Part shown: piece by piece, positions 29,409 to 38,522 of the stretch
How positions within the stretch are numbered: the first letter of the stretch is position 1
Layout of the letters: every line of letters begins with the position of its first letter
Sequence record: MN013077.1
DNA from: Klebsiella phage vB_KaeM_KaOmega
DNA: 64,000 nt
Direction: 5' to 3' (one strand)
The notes under the pieces: generated by a model
The model's input: the letters and a program-made list of their open reading frames with translations, nothing else
Database searches by the model: none
Told to the model about the DNA's origin: nothing
Program-made: the position numbers and the translations under genes

Positions 29409-29621
29409 TTAAAGTTCACCTCGCTTCGCTCTCTGGCAGATCTGGAGAACATCGTAGCACGACTGCTTCACAATCCAAGGCTCCCCACGATACAGGGTGA
29501 TGAGGGTCCCTTTACGATCTGTCCCCTCGATCTGTGTCACTTGTGGGTGAAACTCCCGGATATTTGCAACATCGAGGCAGATCGATTCCTCAGAAGCCAG
29601 TTGATTGAGATATACAAACAT
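29409..29621 (-). CDS. hypothetical protein
   Basis: 70-aa ORF. Confidence 0.35.
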   Translation of the reverse strand: MFVYLNQLASEESICLDVANIREFHPQVTQIEGTDRKGTLITLYRGEPWIVKQSCYDVLQICQRAKRGEL

Positions 29622-29629
29622 GAACCCTC

Positions 29630-29896
29630 CTACAGGTATTGGCTTTCAAGCCACTGCGCCGCCTCGTCAGGTGACTTACAGTCTCGCTTTTCGTTGATGG
29701 TAAACCAGCCGTCGATGCAATTACACGCCCAGTCTTCCTCGTCCTCTTCCTCCGCACGTTCTTGAACCTCAACATGCCAAGTGCCGTCCCAGTTCTGGTC
29801 GATAATTACCTGAACCTCATTGTGGAGTTCTTTTTCCACACGGTCAGCAACCTCATTGAACTGGTCCATAATATCAATTTCATTTTCCACTTTCAA
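29630..29896 (-). CDS. acidic small protein
   Basis: 88 aa with an EEEDEED run. Confidence 0.4.
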   Translation of the reverse strand: MKVENEIDIMDQFNEVADRVEKELHNEVQVIIDQNWDGTWHVEVQERAEEEDEEDWACNCIDGWFTINEKRDCKSPDEAAQWLESQYL

Positions 29897-30257
29897 TCTC
29901 CTTCAGTTTGAGAGACAGAGCCTCAACCTCACGCTTGAGGTCTTCAGCCTTCAACACTGTTCGGGACCACTCTTGGGCTTTATCCATGAGTTGCCTACCA
30001 ATAGCGATCGCCTCTGTAGCGCACACAATTTCGCCTTTACTATAGCGAACCTTGACAGTCCTGTTGTATGGCACAGCACACCAACCCACCGCACCAAGGT
30101 TAGTGTAGTGGCTGAACTTGTACGGCCCCCACACTTTACCCGTCTTTTGGTTGAAGACCCAAAAGTCATCACCCCATTTCAGTTGTGGGTTCCAACTTTT
30201 ATCGATCTCATCCTGATATCGGTAGTCACTCGGTTTGTATTCCGGTCGTCTGCTCAT
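29880..30257 (-). CDS. hypothetical Trp-rich protein
   Basis: 125-aa ORF. Confidence 0.45.
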   Translation of the reverse strand: MSRRPEYKPSDYRYQDEIDKSWNPQLKWGDDFWVFNQKTGKVWGPYKFSHYTNLGAVGWCAVPYNRTVKVRYSKGEIVCATEAIAIGRQLMDKAQEWSRTVLKAEDLKREVEALSLKLKEIESGK

Positions 30258-30700
30258 TCTTCAGACCCCATCATGTTGAGTTTACGGCCCGCCCGCATCT
30301 CTAAAAATGCTTTCAGGTCCCCAAACTTCCCTGTCGCCACCGCTCCCGCTGGCGCTCGGTTGTAGTCCCAGGCTTCCTTCGCCTCCTCGATATCACCAAC
30401 ACGGGCTTCGATCTGCTTTCTCAGAGAATACGCAGAATAGCCAGAACGGATGACTCTGGGCGGAACATAGCGAATAATACCTGCATCAATTGCACGTTGG
30501 GACATTGCGACCTTGTTCCTGTGCATCTTGATACATTTCACTACGTACTCCTCGAACTCTTTCTTGAACGCCGGATGGATCAGTGCCTCCGGGGCATAGA
30601 AATGCACCACACGATATTGACCATCCTCACCTTTGAGGTACTGAATCTCTGGACGACCAAATTGCACTGTCACATCAAAATCTTCAATCGTAAATTTCAT
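30254..30700 (-). CDS. hypothetical protein
   Basis: 148-aa ORF. Confidence 0.5.
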   Translation of the reverse strand: MKFTIEDFDVTVQFGRPEIQYLKGEDGQYRVVHFYAPEALIHPAFKKEFEEYVVKCIKMHRNKVAMSQRAIDAGIIRYVPPRVIRSGYSAYSLRKQIEARVGDIEEAKEAWDYNRAPAGAVATGKFGDLKAFLEMRAGRKLNMMGSEE

Positions 30701-30743
30701 CTAAAAAGCCCTCTCTGTTTCCAATGAGGGCAGATTACATGAC

Positions 30744-30938
30744 TTACTCTTCGGTGTCAACCTTTTCGACGAACACAATGTCGCCATACTTCAGCTTACG
30801 ACGAGAGTCATCGTCATTTTCAACACGGTTCACGTTGAAAGAACCTTTGGCATTAGAGCGTCGCCAGCCGGACGCGCCGCCAAACTGAGTGCATAAAGCA
30901 CGAAAGTCTTCGCTGGACACTTCGATCTTGTGCATCAC
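30744..30938 (-). CDS. small protein
   Basis: 64-aa ORF. Confidence 0.35.
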   Translation of the reverse strand: MMHKIEVSSEDFRALCTQFGGASGWRRSNAKGSFNVNRVENDDDSRRKLKYGDIVFVEKVDTEE

Positions 30939-31282
30939 AGGCTCCCCGGCAGTACCAGTTTAGGACCTTCGCCTTTCTTCGACTCACGGATACGTTCACG
31001 GACATAAACCTCAATGTCGGTAGGACGCCACAGTTCAACCGCAACAACCTGGAATCGACCAATGTGGGCACCGGGCTGCTTGTCCATGTGACTCGCCATC
31101 AGCTTCGCACTGTCTTCATCGGCAAACACTGCCTTCACGGTGATCGCATGACCGTCATCCGTTTGACCGAGGCTCATGGAGGGCACGTTGTGCCCGGCGG
31201 CAGTATCATCAATCGCAAACATGAGGGTAGTCCCGCCAACGGTATTAGTCAGTTCCATCAATTTTCTCCACAGTTGTGTCAA
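30935..31282 (-). CDS. hypothetical protein
   Basis: 115-aa ORF. Confidence 0.45.
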   Translation of the reverse strand: MTQLWRKLMELTNTVGGTTLMFAIDDTAAGHNVPSMSLGQTDDGHAITVKAVFADEDSAKLMASHMDKQPGAHIGRFQVVAVELWRPTDIEVYVRERIRESKKGEGPKLVLPGSL

Positions 31283-31511
31283 GAGAGGCCATAAAACAAC
31301 GGCCCTCGTCTCCGCCGAACGGGATCATTACGACCGCGCCGACGATAATTGCATCATCACTCGCCAGAATATCCTGGCCCATGATGGGTTTGCCGTTAAG
31401 GTCGAAATCAGTCACGTACTTAAACGTGTCTCCTACCTTAATATCTCGTGCCAAAACTTGCATCAGGTCACCCCACGCACACTTCGTACCAGCCACATTT
31501 TGTGCATTCAC
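31245..31511 (-). CDS. hypothetical protein (start uncertain, possibly ATG 31463)
   Basis: 88-aa ORF that overlaps its neighbour unless the shorter start is used. Confidence 0.35.
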   Translation of the reverse strand: MNAQNVAGTKCAWGDLMQVLARDIKVGDTFKYVTDFDLNGKPIMGQDILASDDAIIVGAVVMIPFGGDEGRCFMASLDTTVEKIDGTD

Positions 31512-31587
31512 GAACGAAAGCGTGGACGCTACCTGTGGTTACGAACTTGTGTTGACAATTTTGTTGCTTCACAGACTTTACTGTCAT
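31468..31587 (-). CDS. tiny Cys-rich protein (39 aa, C..H...C..C)
   Basis: Short form of track ORF 31468..31659. Tiles exactly: ATGA overlap at 31584-31587. Confidence 0.25.
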   Translation of the reverse strand: MTVKSVKQQNCQHKFVTTGSVHAFVRECTKCGWYEVCVG

Positions 31588-31928
31588 ACAACACCCCTTG
31601 GTTTTACCAGTTCCAGATCCGACTGCGGGATGAAATAGAACCCGCTGCGATAGAACCACTCGTACCCGTCGCTGCCTTCCTGCACCTCGGCATCGCTCAC
31701 ATAAAACGACTTCCCGTTGAACTTATCGCGTACAAAGTCTCCACGGGTGAACGCCGGGATACCACACTTACGGACGTGATAAAGCTCATGACGAACTCCC
31801 TCAAACGCCCCACGGAGATCCATAACCTCACGAAGTTCGAACTCCACATCCTCTTCGTCGTTACCTATCCCGTGGATCTTGGCATCAATCCGGGTCAGCA
31901 GGTCCTCTACTGTATCCCAATCTGTCAT
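31584..31928 (-). CDS. hypothetical protein
   Basis: 114-aa ORF. Confidence 0.45.
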   Translation of the reverse strand: MTDWDTVEDLLTRIDAKIHGIGNDEEDVEFELREVMDLRGAFEGVRHELYHVRKCGIPAFTRGDFVRDKFNGKSFYVSDAEVQEGSDGYEWFYRSGFYFIPQSDLELVKPRGVV

Positions 31929-32656
31929 CCTTTGTCCTCCAGCGCCAGTGGCTTCATGCCAAGAGCCTTCATCCCAGTACGCTGGATCAGGCTGTTCAAG
32001 GATGCCTCTATCTCCGCATTGGCACGGGCCATGACCGTCTCTGAGTGCTCAGTGAAGGTCTGTAAAGCATAGGCTGTCACTTCTGGCAGCTTGGCATGGA
32101 TGGTCTGGAACTTCTCCATCGCCGCCTGCAACTCACCCTTGTTGGCCTTTCCCTTGGCAATCAGCGCCGACAGGGCTTCAAGACCCTCTGCGTGGCGTTT
32201 CATCATGATCTTGAGAGATGCCTCAATCTCACGGTTAGCCTGCTCGGTACTGGTGTTCTGTCCATCAATAAGTGGAAGATTACCCTGTCCATGTGGGGTA
32301 ATGTAACGCAAAGTGCATGGTACACCATTACCACTGTGGGATGCAACCAGGCCAGCCCATTGGTATGCCGTCAGTTCCAGTTCCAGCACACGGCCTCCAC
32401 GGCTCTGCGGCTGGCTGCGGTAGTTAGGGATACCGTAGGCCGTCTCTTCATACGCCAGGTCGATACGGAGCGCTATGCGCTCGTTATGGATGATGTCTGA
32501 ACCAAACATCTCGGTATTGCCACCTGACGGGTGGGTCAGTGTGATTCGACCATACGCCGGGTGCTCTTGAATAATACGATCACAACCCGAACCTGTCATT
32601 TCTGAACGGATCGTTGGTCGCTCCTTCGGATAAGGTTTGCTTTGTTCTTTACTCAT
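31925..32656 (-). CDS. hypothetical protein
   Basis: 243-aa ORF. Confidence 0.5.
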   Translation of the reverse strand: MSKEQSKPYPKERPTIRSEMTGSGCDRIIQEHPAYGRITLTHPSGGNTEMFGSDIIHNERIALRIDLAYEETAYGIPNYRSQPQSRGGRVLELELTAYQWAGLVASHSGNGVPCTLRYITPHGQGNLPLIDGQNTSTEQANREIEASLKIMMKRHAEGLEALSALIAKGKANKGELQAAMEKFQTIHAKLPEVTAYALQTFTEHSETVMARANAEIEASLNSLIQRTGMKALGMKPLALEDKG

Positions 32657-32877
32657 TTCACCACCTTCACCACGTACCCCGAAGTTTTCTTTGTCTTGCG
32701 AACAGAACCACCATCGGTGATGTACTCAATGCTCGCCATATTCAAAGCCTTCGAGAAGCCGATAATCTTGCCACGAGACATCCCGTGACGGTTATACTCA
32801 GTAAACACCACTTCATCACCGATTGCAAGTGGGTTTCCGACAAAATCATTCATTTCCATTCGCTCGCTGCTCCTCAA
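32653..32877 (-). CDS. small protein
   Basis: 74-aa ORF. Confidence 0.4.
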   Translation of the reverse strand: MRSSERMEMNDFVGNPLAIGDEVVFTEYNRHGMSRGKIIGFSKALNMASIEYITDGGSVRKTKKTSGYVVKVVK

Positions 32878-33082
32878 AAAACAGTTCGTCTGCCATGTCG
32901 TTTAAGACTTGGGCCAGTTCCCGGGCCTTCTCACGGGTGAGGAACATATACTCCTCTCCAAGACAACATGGACCACCTGTCCGGCGGACAGACAATACAA
33001 TCTGGCGATACCCGCGAGGCTCGACCACCGCTGTGGTGGAAGAGTATTTGTCTTCACGTTCACCATCAATAAACTTTTTCAT
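32846..33082 (-). CDS. hypothetical protein
   Basis: 78-aa ORF. Confidence 0.4.
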   Translation of the reverse strand: MKKFIDGEREDKYSSTTAVVEPRGYRQIVLSVRRTGGPCCLGEEYMFLTREKARELAQVLNDMADELFFEEQRANGNE

Positions 33083-34062
33083 TTCTTCCCCTTACGCTTA
33101 AATTTGTTGTGGCCTTTACCACGGCGCAGTTTGCCCTGCTCCCAGTCACGTGCTGGCTTGTCCAGCTTGGCAATGGCAGCGAAGTCTTTGAAGTTCCATG
33201 TGTCGAAAGAGTCAAGACAAACTGTCTCTTCGCTGTAGTGTTCAGCCAAGAGCTTTGCCATCTTTCCAAAGCCCAACCCTCCACCACCAATAATAGCGAC
33301 TTTCCGGAGCTTGCTTTCGTACATCTCGATTGCCTTTTCCACAGAGATCTCGTCAAGCTGCGACATGTCCAAGTCTTTCTTCTTTCCGCCGTACATTAAG
33401 GTGTACAATGCAGTCTTCAATGCGGGTTTGGTGCCAAAGTAGATCTCCACCTTATATTCTTTTGCCAAGGCTGTCAACTGTGACATCAAGTCTGTACAGG
33501 CACGGGCCACAATGTTGGCATCCGGGATGGCCTCGATGAACATCGGTGGCGCGGGCCAACCCAGAGATTTTTCAGTCTCTCGGTTACGTTCCAAGGTAGC
33601 CTTCAGGCGAGATAACTCCCCCTCGTCATCCACCAGGTCCGTGACCTTGAAGATCATCGGGTGCTTACGGATCTTCAGTGCCGGGTCCTCGCCAGAGATA
33701 TTCAGATCTGGACGGTGAACATCGGCTTTGCAGAGTGTCTCCAAGCGAGACCAATCAATATCGCTTTCCATACGGATGAAGACATCGCCATCTTTTGGCG
33801 GCACATATGTCTTGTTGAGGCGCGGCAGGTGGTCCATATCCAGAATTACTCGGCGGACATCGCTTGGTGAGTCGCTCCCAAAATCACAGGCCCAACCGAC
33901 AATTTCCTTCACCTTATCCATATCAAATTCCAAGTCCAACTCACGCTGCTTACGGATATTCTCCAAGTGTTGCTTGAAGAAAGGGTCCTCGACAAAGACA
34001 CCTTCATCCATGTTTGCACGGGCTTCTTCGAAAGTCTGACCTTGGGATTTGAAATTGTTCAT
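33079..34062 (-). CDS. hypothetical protein with C-terminal glycine-rich nucleotide-binding-like loop
   Basis: 327 aa. Contains VAIIGGGGLGFGKM (Rossmann or P-loop-like). Function unknown. Confidence 0.5.
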   Translation of the reverse strand: MNNFKSQGQTFEEARANMDEGVFVEDPFFKQHLENIRKQRELDLEFDMDKVKEIVGWACDFGSDSPSDVRRVILDMDHLPRLNKTYVPPKDGDVFIRMESDIDWSRLETLCKADVHRPDLNISGEDPALKIRKHPMIFKVTDLVDDEGELSRLKATLERNRETEKSLGWPAPPMFIEAIPDANIVARACTDLMSQLTALAKEYKVEIYFGTKPALKTALYTLMYGGKKKDLDMSQLDEISVEKAIEMYESKLRKVAIIGGGGLGFGKMAKLLAEHYSEETVCLDSFDTWNFKDFAAIAKLDKPARDWEQGKLRRGKGHNKFKRKGKK

Positions 34063-34119
34063 GTTTACTTCCTCATTTGTGTTGGTATGGGGCCATATTA
34101 CAGGCCCCGATCTCTACTG

Positions 34120-34383
34120 TCAACTGAATTTTAATACTTCAGTGAAAAACTGGAAGAGAACCTGTGGAAGGATGATGATGACGAACAGGCGCACAGGCAT
34201 CCAGACCGCAGTGTGCCAAGTGAACAACCCACGGGTAGCCGGGCTGAACAGATAGCGAATACGACGGGCGGTCGCAAACACTTCGTTAACCCAACCATAG
34301 ATGATCCAGAACACACCAAAGAACAGCACAAAAATCAGAGCTTCCGGTGGGGTTACGGTGAAGAAATTAATTAGCGCTTGCAT
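34120..34383 (-). CDS. membrane protein
   Basis: 87 aa with two or three TM helices. Confidence 0.4.
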   Translation of the reverse strand: MQALINFFTVTPPEALIFVLFFGVFWIIYGWVNEVFATARRIRYLFSPATRGLFTWHTAVWMPVRLFVIIILPQVLFQFFTEVLKFS

Positions 34384-34648
34384 AAGTCTCCCTTAAATCA
34401 GATTCACATTGATAGAAATTATATGTCGGAACATAGTACACCCAAGAGTGCAATAAATCCGACCAGAACATCCCTTGCACTACAAACTCATGACCCTCTG
34501 TTGAAGAGTCCCCGCCACAGATAGCCACTGGCGTACCGCAACGGTATTTCGGCATCCCGAAATTCTTTATCGCCCAACGGTCATGCTGGCACAAATCTTT
34601 ACCGAAGTAAAGCCCCAATGTGTCCAGTTCGACTTCATTAGTACCCAT
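34367..34648 (-). CDS. Cys-containing hypothetical protein
   Basis: Start re-picked at ATG 34648. Confidence 0.4.
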   Translation of the reverse strand: MGTNEVELDTLGLYFGKDLCQHDRWAIKNFGMPKYRCGTPVAICGGDSSTEGHEFVVQGMFWSDLLHSWVYYVPTYNFYQCESDLRETYASAN

Positions 34649-34907
34649 AGTCTTTACCCTCGTCGATTGTGGTAACGGTATCCCGGTGTTTACCATGAGG
34701 GTATTCTGTTGTTACTTGGGCATTAGGACAATAGACAACCTTCAAGTTGCTAACCCCAGAACCCTTGACCTTGAAGATCTCACAGTCCATCTCCTTCAGT
34801 TTTTGAGGGAGGATGTACTCTTCAGTCATATTCTGCGGCGTGTTGTCACAGCCTGCCAAGGCAAACCCCATCAATGCCGCCATTAATATTAGCCGTGTAC
34901 GCTTCAT
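34638..34907 (-). CDS. lipoprotein
   Basis: Signal peptide with LAGC lipobox. Confidence 0.45.
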   Translation of the reverse strand: MKRTRLILMAALMGFALAGCDNTPQNMTEEYILPQKLKEMDCEIFKVKGSGVSNLKVVYCPNAQVTTEYPHGKHRDTVTTIDEGKDYGY

Positions 34908-35092
34908 TCTTTCTCCTTCTTAACGGTATATCCACGACCTTGTAAGAACAGGACGCAGTATTTTTCAAGAACATGAGAGAATATTCCCATGTCATGTAAC
35001 TCATTTTTGTCAATAACAAAGCCCACGAGGCGTTTGTCATCCTCATTCATTTTTGGTGTGTTGCACAACCGCAGATTAAGACTATCCATCAT
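34904..35092 (-). CDS. small protein
   Basis: 62-aa ORF. Confidence 0.35.
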   Translation of the reverse strand: MMDSLNLRLCNTPKMNEDDKRLVGFVIDKNELHDMGIFSHVLEKYCVLFLQGRGYTVKKEKE

Positions 35093-35388
35093 ACCTCCGA
35101 GTATGAATAAAAGGCCCTTATAATCACGATCTCCAGTTTAAGGCCGGGATTATCTCTTGTCAACGAATTTTTCTTTCTCTGTGCATTCTCCAAATCACAA
35201 AAGACTTGAAATTTTTTATTAATATCGGGAAGGGTATCGCACCCTTTTATTTTTACAGCATAGTAAACGTCACCGCCCTTCAGTTGCTGCCCCAGCTTAT
35301 GCTGGAACCAAGCGTTAAAGTGGTCGGGTGTTGTGTCAATTGGTTCCGGGAACAGCCTCAGCCACCAACCTTTTAGCATCTTTTTCAT
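35089..35388 (-). CDS. hypothetical protein
   Basis: Start re-picked at ATG 35388 (ATGA overlap). Confidence 0.4.
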   Translation of the reverse strand: MKKMLKGWWLRLFPEPIDTTPDHFNAWFQHKLGQQLKGGDVYYAVKIKGCDTLPDINKKFQVFCDLENAQRKKNSLTRDNPGLKLEIVIIRAFYSYSEV

Positions 35389-35615
35389 CCGTGGCACTCC
35401 ACGCGATAGTGCCATTCTTCAGACCAATGGCGTGTCTCATCGGAAGAGTACACATACAAAACCGAATTTTTGCTCGTCGAAAAGAATTTCTGGATCGATT
35501 TTTCATTTACCGGGGTCCCATCTTCAAGAAAGAAACCATCCAGAAGAATTGCCAAGCCTTTTCTGGTCTTGGATACAGAAACGTTGTAACCTTCATCAAC
35601 GGTGGTGTAGATCAT
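35385..35615 (-). CDS. hypothetical protein
   Basis: 76-aa ORF. Confidence 0.4.
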   Translation of the reverse strand: MIYTTVDEGYNVSVSKTRKGLAILLDGFFLEDGTPVNEKSIQKFFSTSKNSVLYVYSSDETRHWSEEWHYRVECHG

Positions 35616-36142
35616 TAGTCGTCATCCTCATTTTTGTATCGGCTACCCTTGACATTAAAACCAACATCAGCCAAGGCATGAGCAGGCAGTCTGCCATCAT
35701 CTGTCCAAAAACTCAAGGACTTTTTCTTCTCTTCCAATTCCTTATCCATCAGGGCCAATAAGACTGCCGGATTAGTCTTCGGCATAGCCTGCTGGCATTT
35801 GGAAAGCGCGGCATTGAACTGGCGGGTAATGATATCGATCTGGTCCACCATGTCAAGTTCATCCATCGCTTCTTTACACACACAGCAGTGACCAATGTTT
35901 TTGTATTCATCCTGCCCGGTGCGGTGGCTGTACTGCTTCTTCTGGATAGGGAGCGCCCGGCGACCACAGTAAGCACACGCCCGCATTCGATCACCCTTGC
36001 CGAGGGTGGCTGTTGGGCGGAGACCTTCTTTGGTGCTGTCCCAACCTTTATGGTTTCCATTACGCCCGTACATCCAAGAGAAGAACTTTTGTGCTCTCTC
36101 ATCGACATGATCTTCGCCTGCGTGTTCTGTGTGTTCAAACAT
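35615..36142 (-). CDS. Cys/His-rich protein (zinc-finger or HNH-like?)
   Basis: 175 aa. CAYCGRR...HCCVCKE cluster. Second gene of the leftward operon. Confidence 0.45.
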   Translation of the reverse strand: MFEHTEHAGEDHVDERAQKFFSWMYGRNGNHKGWDSTKEGLRPTATLGKGDRMRACAYCGRRALPIQKKQYSHRTGQDEYKNIGHCCVCKEAMDELDMVDQIDIITRQFNAALSKCQQAMPKTNPAVLLALMDKELEEKKKSLSFWTDDGRLPAHALADVGFNVKGSRYKNEDDD

Positions 36143-36341
36143 TCCCCTCTCCTTTCATAAATTGAGCGAATGCCAACAAGTCCGCCGGAGACATGTGCTT
36201 TACATACGCCCCGTACTCACCATACAAGTTCTCCAAGACTTCCGGGCATTTGCCGGGGTGGAAGCCGAGGTTCTGGAGATTCTCGATAGTGGTGGCGATC
36301 AGCAGTAATTTTTTGAAGTCTTCTTCTTTCATTCTTAACAT
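36135..36341 (-). CDS. first gene of the leftward operon, hypothetical
   Basis: 68 aa. GAGGAA RBS. Promoter lies directly upstream. Confidence 0.45.
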   Translation of the reverse strand: MLRMKEEDFKKLLLIATTIENLQNLGFHPGKCPEVLENLYGEYGAYVKHMSPADLLAFAQFMKGEGNV

Positions 36342-36372
36342 TTATCGTTCCTCGTCTGTGTTTGATGAGAGT

Positions 36373-36401
36373 AATATACAGGGTCTCGATCGAGAAATCA
36401 A
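36373..36401 (-). promoter_or_regulatory. sigma70-like promoter for the leftward operon (TTGATT-17-TATATT)
   Basis: Minus-strand -35 TTGATT (plus-strand 36396-36401) and -10 TATATT (36373-36378) with a 17-nt spacer. The spacer contains the palindrome TCTCGATCGAGA. Confidence 0.5.
36384..36395. promoter_or_regulatory. perfect 12-bp palindrome TCTCGATCGAGA (candidate operator)
   Basis: Self-complementary. Lies inside the promoter spacer in the divergent control region. Degenerate copies at 47.7-47.9 kb. Confidence 0.5.
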
Positions 36402-36404
36402 TAC

Positions 36405-36433
36405 TTGAATCGTATTTTTGTTCATGCTACCTT
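36405..36433 (+). promoter_or_regulatory. candidate rightward promoter (TTGAAT-17-TACCTT)
   Basis: Weak -10. Positioned about 30 nt upstream of the HD-hydrolase gene. Confidence 0.3.
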
Positions 36434-36464
36434 ATTGTTCACTAAACATGAACAGGAGAGCACC

Positions 36465-37028
36465 ATGAACAAAGTCTTATCCCCGGCAGAGCAGCTTGCC
36501 ATGATGATCAAGCTGGCAGCAACCCACCATATGAAGCAATTCGATAAGGGTGGTCGCCCTTACGTCCTGCACGTCCTGAAGGTGATGCATTACCTTAAAG
36601 ACAAGGATGATGACGAACTCAACTGTATCGCGGTTGGTCACGATCTGATTGAAGACACCCCGGTTCAACAGTGCGATCTGGAACGCTTAGGTATCTCAGA
36701 TCGTGTTATCGACGGGATCACTCGATTGACCAAAATTCCGTTCCAGTCACATGATGAATACCTGAAGGACATTCTGAAGAGCCATGACGCCTGCCGTGTT
36801 AAACTCGCAGACCTGCGCCACAACACAGATATCCGCCGTCTGAAAGGTTTGCGTCAAAAAGACTTGCAGAGAATCCAAAAGTACCATAAAATGCACATGC
36901 AGATTAAGGACATGATTGCATGGTACGAAGACAACCATTTGAGCATGTTCTCTTTCCCGGGTGATTACTTTGATGCCCGCAACGAGCAGGTAAAATCAAT
37001 CATGGAGAAAGAATACGATGCGAATTAA
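36465..37028 (+). CDS. HD-domain (p)ppGpp hydrolase-like protein (SpoT/Mesh1-type)
   Basis: ATG at 36465 with AGGAGAG RBS. HD motifs HHMKQFDKGGRPYVLHVLKV, VGHDLIEDT and KLADLRHN match the RelA/SpoT hydrolase domain. Confidence 0.7.
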   Translation: MNKVLSPAEQLAMMIKLAATHHMKQFDKGGRPYVLHVLKVMHYLKDKDDDELNCIAVGHDLIEDTPVQQCDLERLGISDRVIDGITRLTKIPFQSHDEYLKDILKSHDACRVKLADLRHNTDIRRLKGLRQKDLQRIQKYHKMHMQIKDMIAWYEDNHLSMFSFPGDYFDARNEQVKSIMEKEYDAN

Positions 37029-37178
37029 AGTTTTAGATGCCCCGCTGGGGCATAAGTTTGACCCGGACACTCACTATCGGGTGTTCCGTCCGACAGAACC
37101 AGGCAAGGCTTTCGTTGTTGATGATGACTGCGAGGCTTGCTTCTTGAACGATATGGAATGGGAGGAGGTGACAAGTGA
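37017..37178 (+). CDS. small protein (53 aa)
   Basis: Found by hand. ATG overlaps the end of the HD gene. Contains DCEAC. Confidence 0.25.
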
Positions 37179-37378
37179 AAGTTGAAATCATTGAGCGCGG
37201 TACGGATGTATTGTTAGCCAGTCGTGATACTTGCATGGGTGGGTTTGTTTGTCCACGTAAGAATGAGCTGATCTACGCAGGCGGTGGTACGTATGTTGTC
37301 CGAGAAGTAAAGTTCTTTTATTATGACGCCATTGGCGGCAATGATGACTTCGTAGAAGTCTTGGTGGATGCAGAATGA
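37175..37378 (+). CDS. hypothetical protein
   Basis: GTG start with GGAGGAGG RBS. Confidence 0.4.
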   Translation: MKVEIIERGTDVLLASRDTCMGGFVCPRKNELIYAGGGTYVVREVKFFYYDAIGGNDDFVEVLVDAE

Positions 37379-37905
37379 AAAAGACCCTGAGCATTGAACC
37401 AGTTGTTTCTACGTACCTCGGTCGCCCCTATGGTATGGGTGACGATTCTGTACTTGACGATGGTGACTGGCTGGATCTGGAAGATGACAAGCAGTATACG
37501 ATCACACGCCTTGGGTGCCGGATCAACGGCAAAGAGCCGGAGGAAGTGTACTGTCTCTATTACTTCCTTCACGCCATGAAGCCGGGTTGGAAGGGTGATT
37601 ACCAAAAAGGTTGGACGTGGGATTCTTTCTTCACCTGTTCCTGTGGACACGGCGGCTGTGCCGGGTATCACGAGAACGTTCGTATCCACCGTAAGAAGGC
37701 CACAGTCCGGGTGATGGGTAAGGTGTCAGACGGATACAAAGACGGGGTTGTGGGGACCGGACAGGACGTTGTATACTTCGACAAGAAGCAATGGGACGGT
37801 GTACGGGAATATTATCTCGACCTGTTCCGCAATAACCCGGAAGGTATCTTCCAAGATAACGAAATGTTCTTCACCGGGCGATTTGGCCTGGCAACATGGG
37901 GTTGA
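37375..37905 (+). CDS. hypothetical protein
   Basis: 176 aa. CSCGHGGCAGYHE Cys/His cluster. Confidence 0.5.
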   Translation: MKKTLSIEPVVSTYLGRPYGMGDDSVLDDGDWLDLEDDKQYTITRLGCRINGKEPEEVYCLYYFLHAMKPGWKGDYQKGWTWDSFFTCSCGHGGCAGYHENVRIHRKKATVRVMGKVSDGYKDGVVGTGQDVVYFDKKQWDGVREYYLDLFRNNPEGIFQDNEMFFTGRFGLATWG

Positions 37906-37907
37906 GA

Positions 37908-38522
37908 ATGAAGCGTACCAAAGTAATGAACAAAGCGCGATTCCGCAAATCCTTTTTGGGCTTTGCTGTCGCGGCTGTTGTAACCTTCACCCTGTCCGGC
38001 TGTGAGCAGGCTGACGAAACGGTGAAGCTGTACATGAACTCTGAGCAGTGTGCCAAAGAAAGTGGCAATACTCTCGAACAGTGCCAAACTGCGGAGAAAG
38101 AAGCCCAAAAGGTTGCCGCAGAAACGGCACCGAAGTTTGGGACGTATGCGGAGTGCTACGAAGAGTTTGGCAGTATGTGTCAGCACAACACAGCGGCTGC
38201 TGCCAGCACGGGCGGAGAATCGCCGTGGATGCCTCTGATGATGGGTTACATGCTGGGCAATATGATGGGGTCAAGTAACTCTTATCACGCAGCCCCGATG
38301 TACCAGAGCCGTTCTGGTAAGTGGGTTGACAACAAGGCCCGATCTTACGACATCAAACCTGGAAAGTCGTTCAAGGTTACGAAGTCTGCGATCAAACCAA
38401 AGGTTGAGGCTCCGCGATCCACTTGGTCAGGTTCCAAATCCGGCTTTTCTTCGTCCAAGACAACCACCCGTGGCGGGTTCGGTTCCTCTGTGGGGCGTAG
38501 CAGCAGTTCTTTTGGTGGATAA
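37908..38522 (+). CDS. lipoprotein
   Basis: Signal peptide with LSGC lipobox. Ser/Gly-rich C-terminus. Confidence 0.5.
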   Translation: MKRTKVMNKARFRKSFLGFAVAAVVTFTLSGCEQADETVKLYMNSEQCAKESGNTLEQCQTAEKEAQKVAAETAPKFGTYAECYEEFGSMCQHNTAAAASTGGESPWMPLMMGYMLGNMMGSSNSYHAAPMYQSRSGKWVDNKARSYDIKPGKSFKVTKSAIKPKVEAPRSTWSGSKSGFSSSKTTTRGGFGSSVGRSSSSFGG

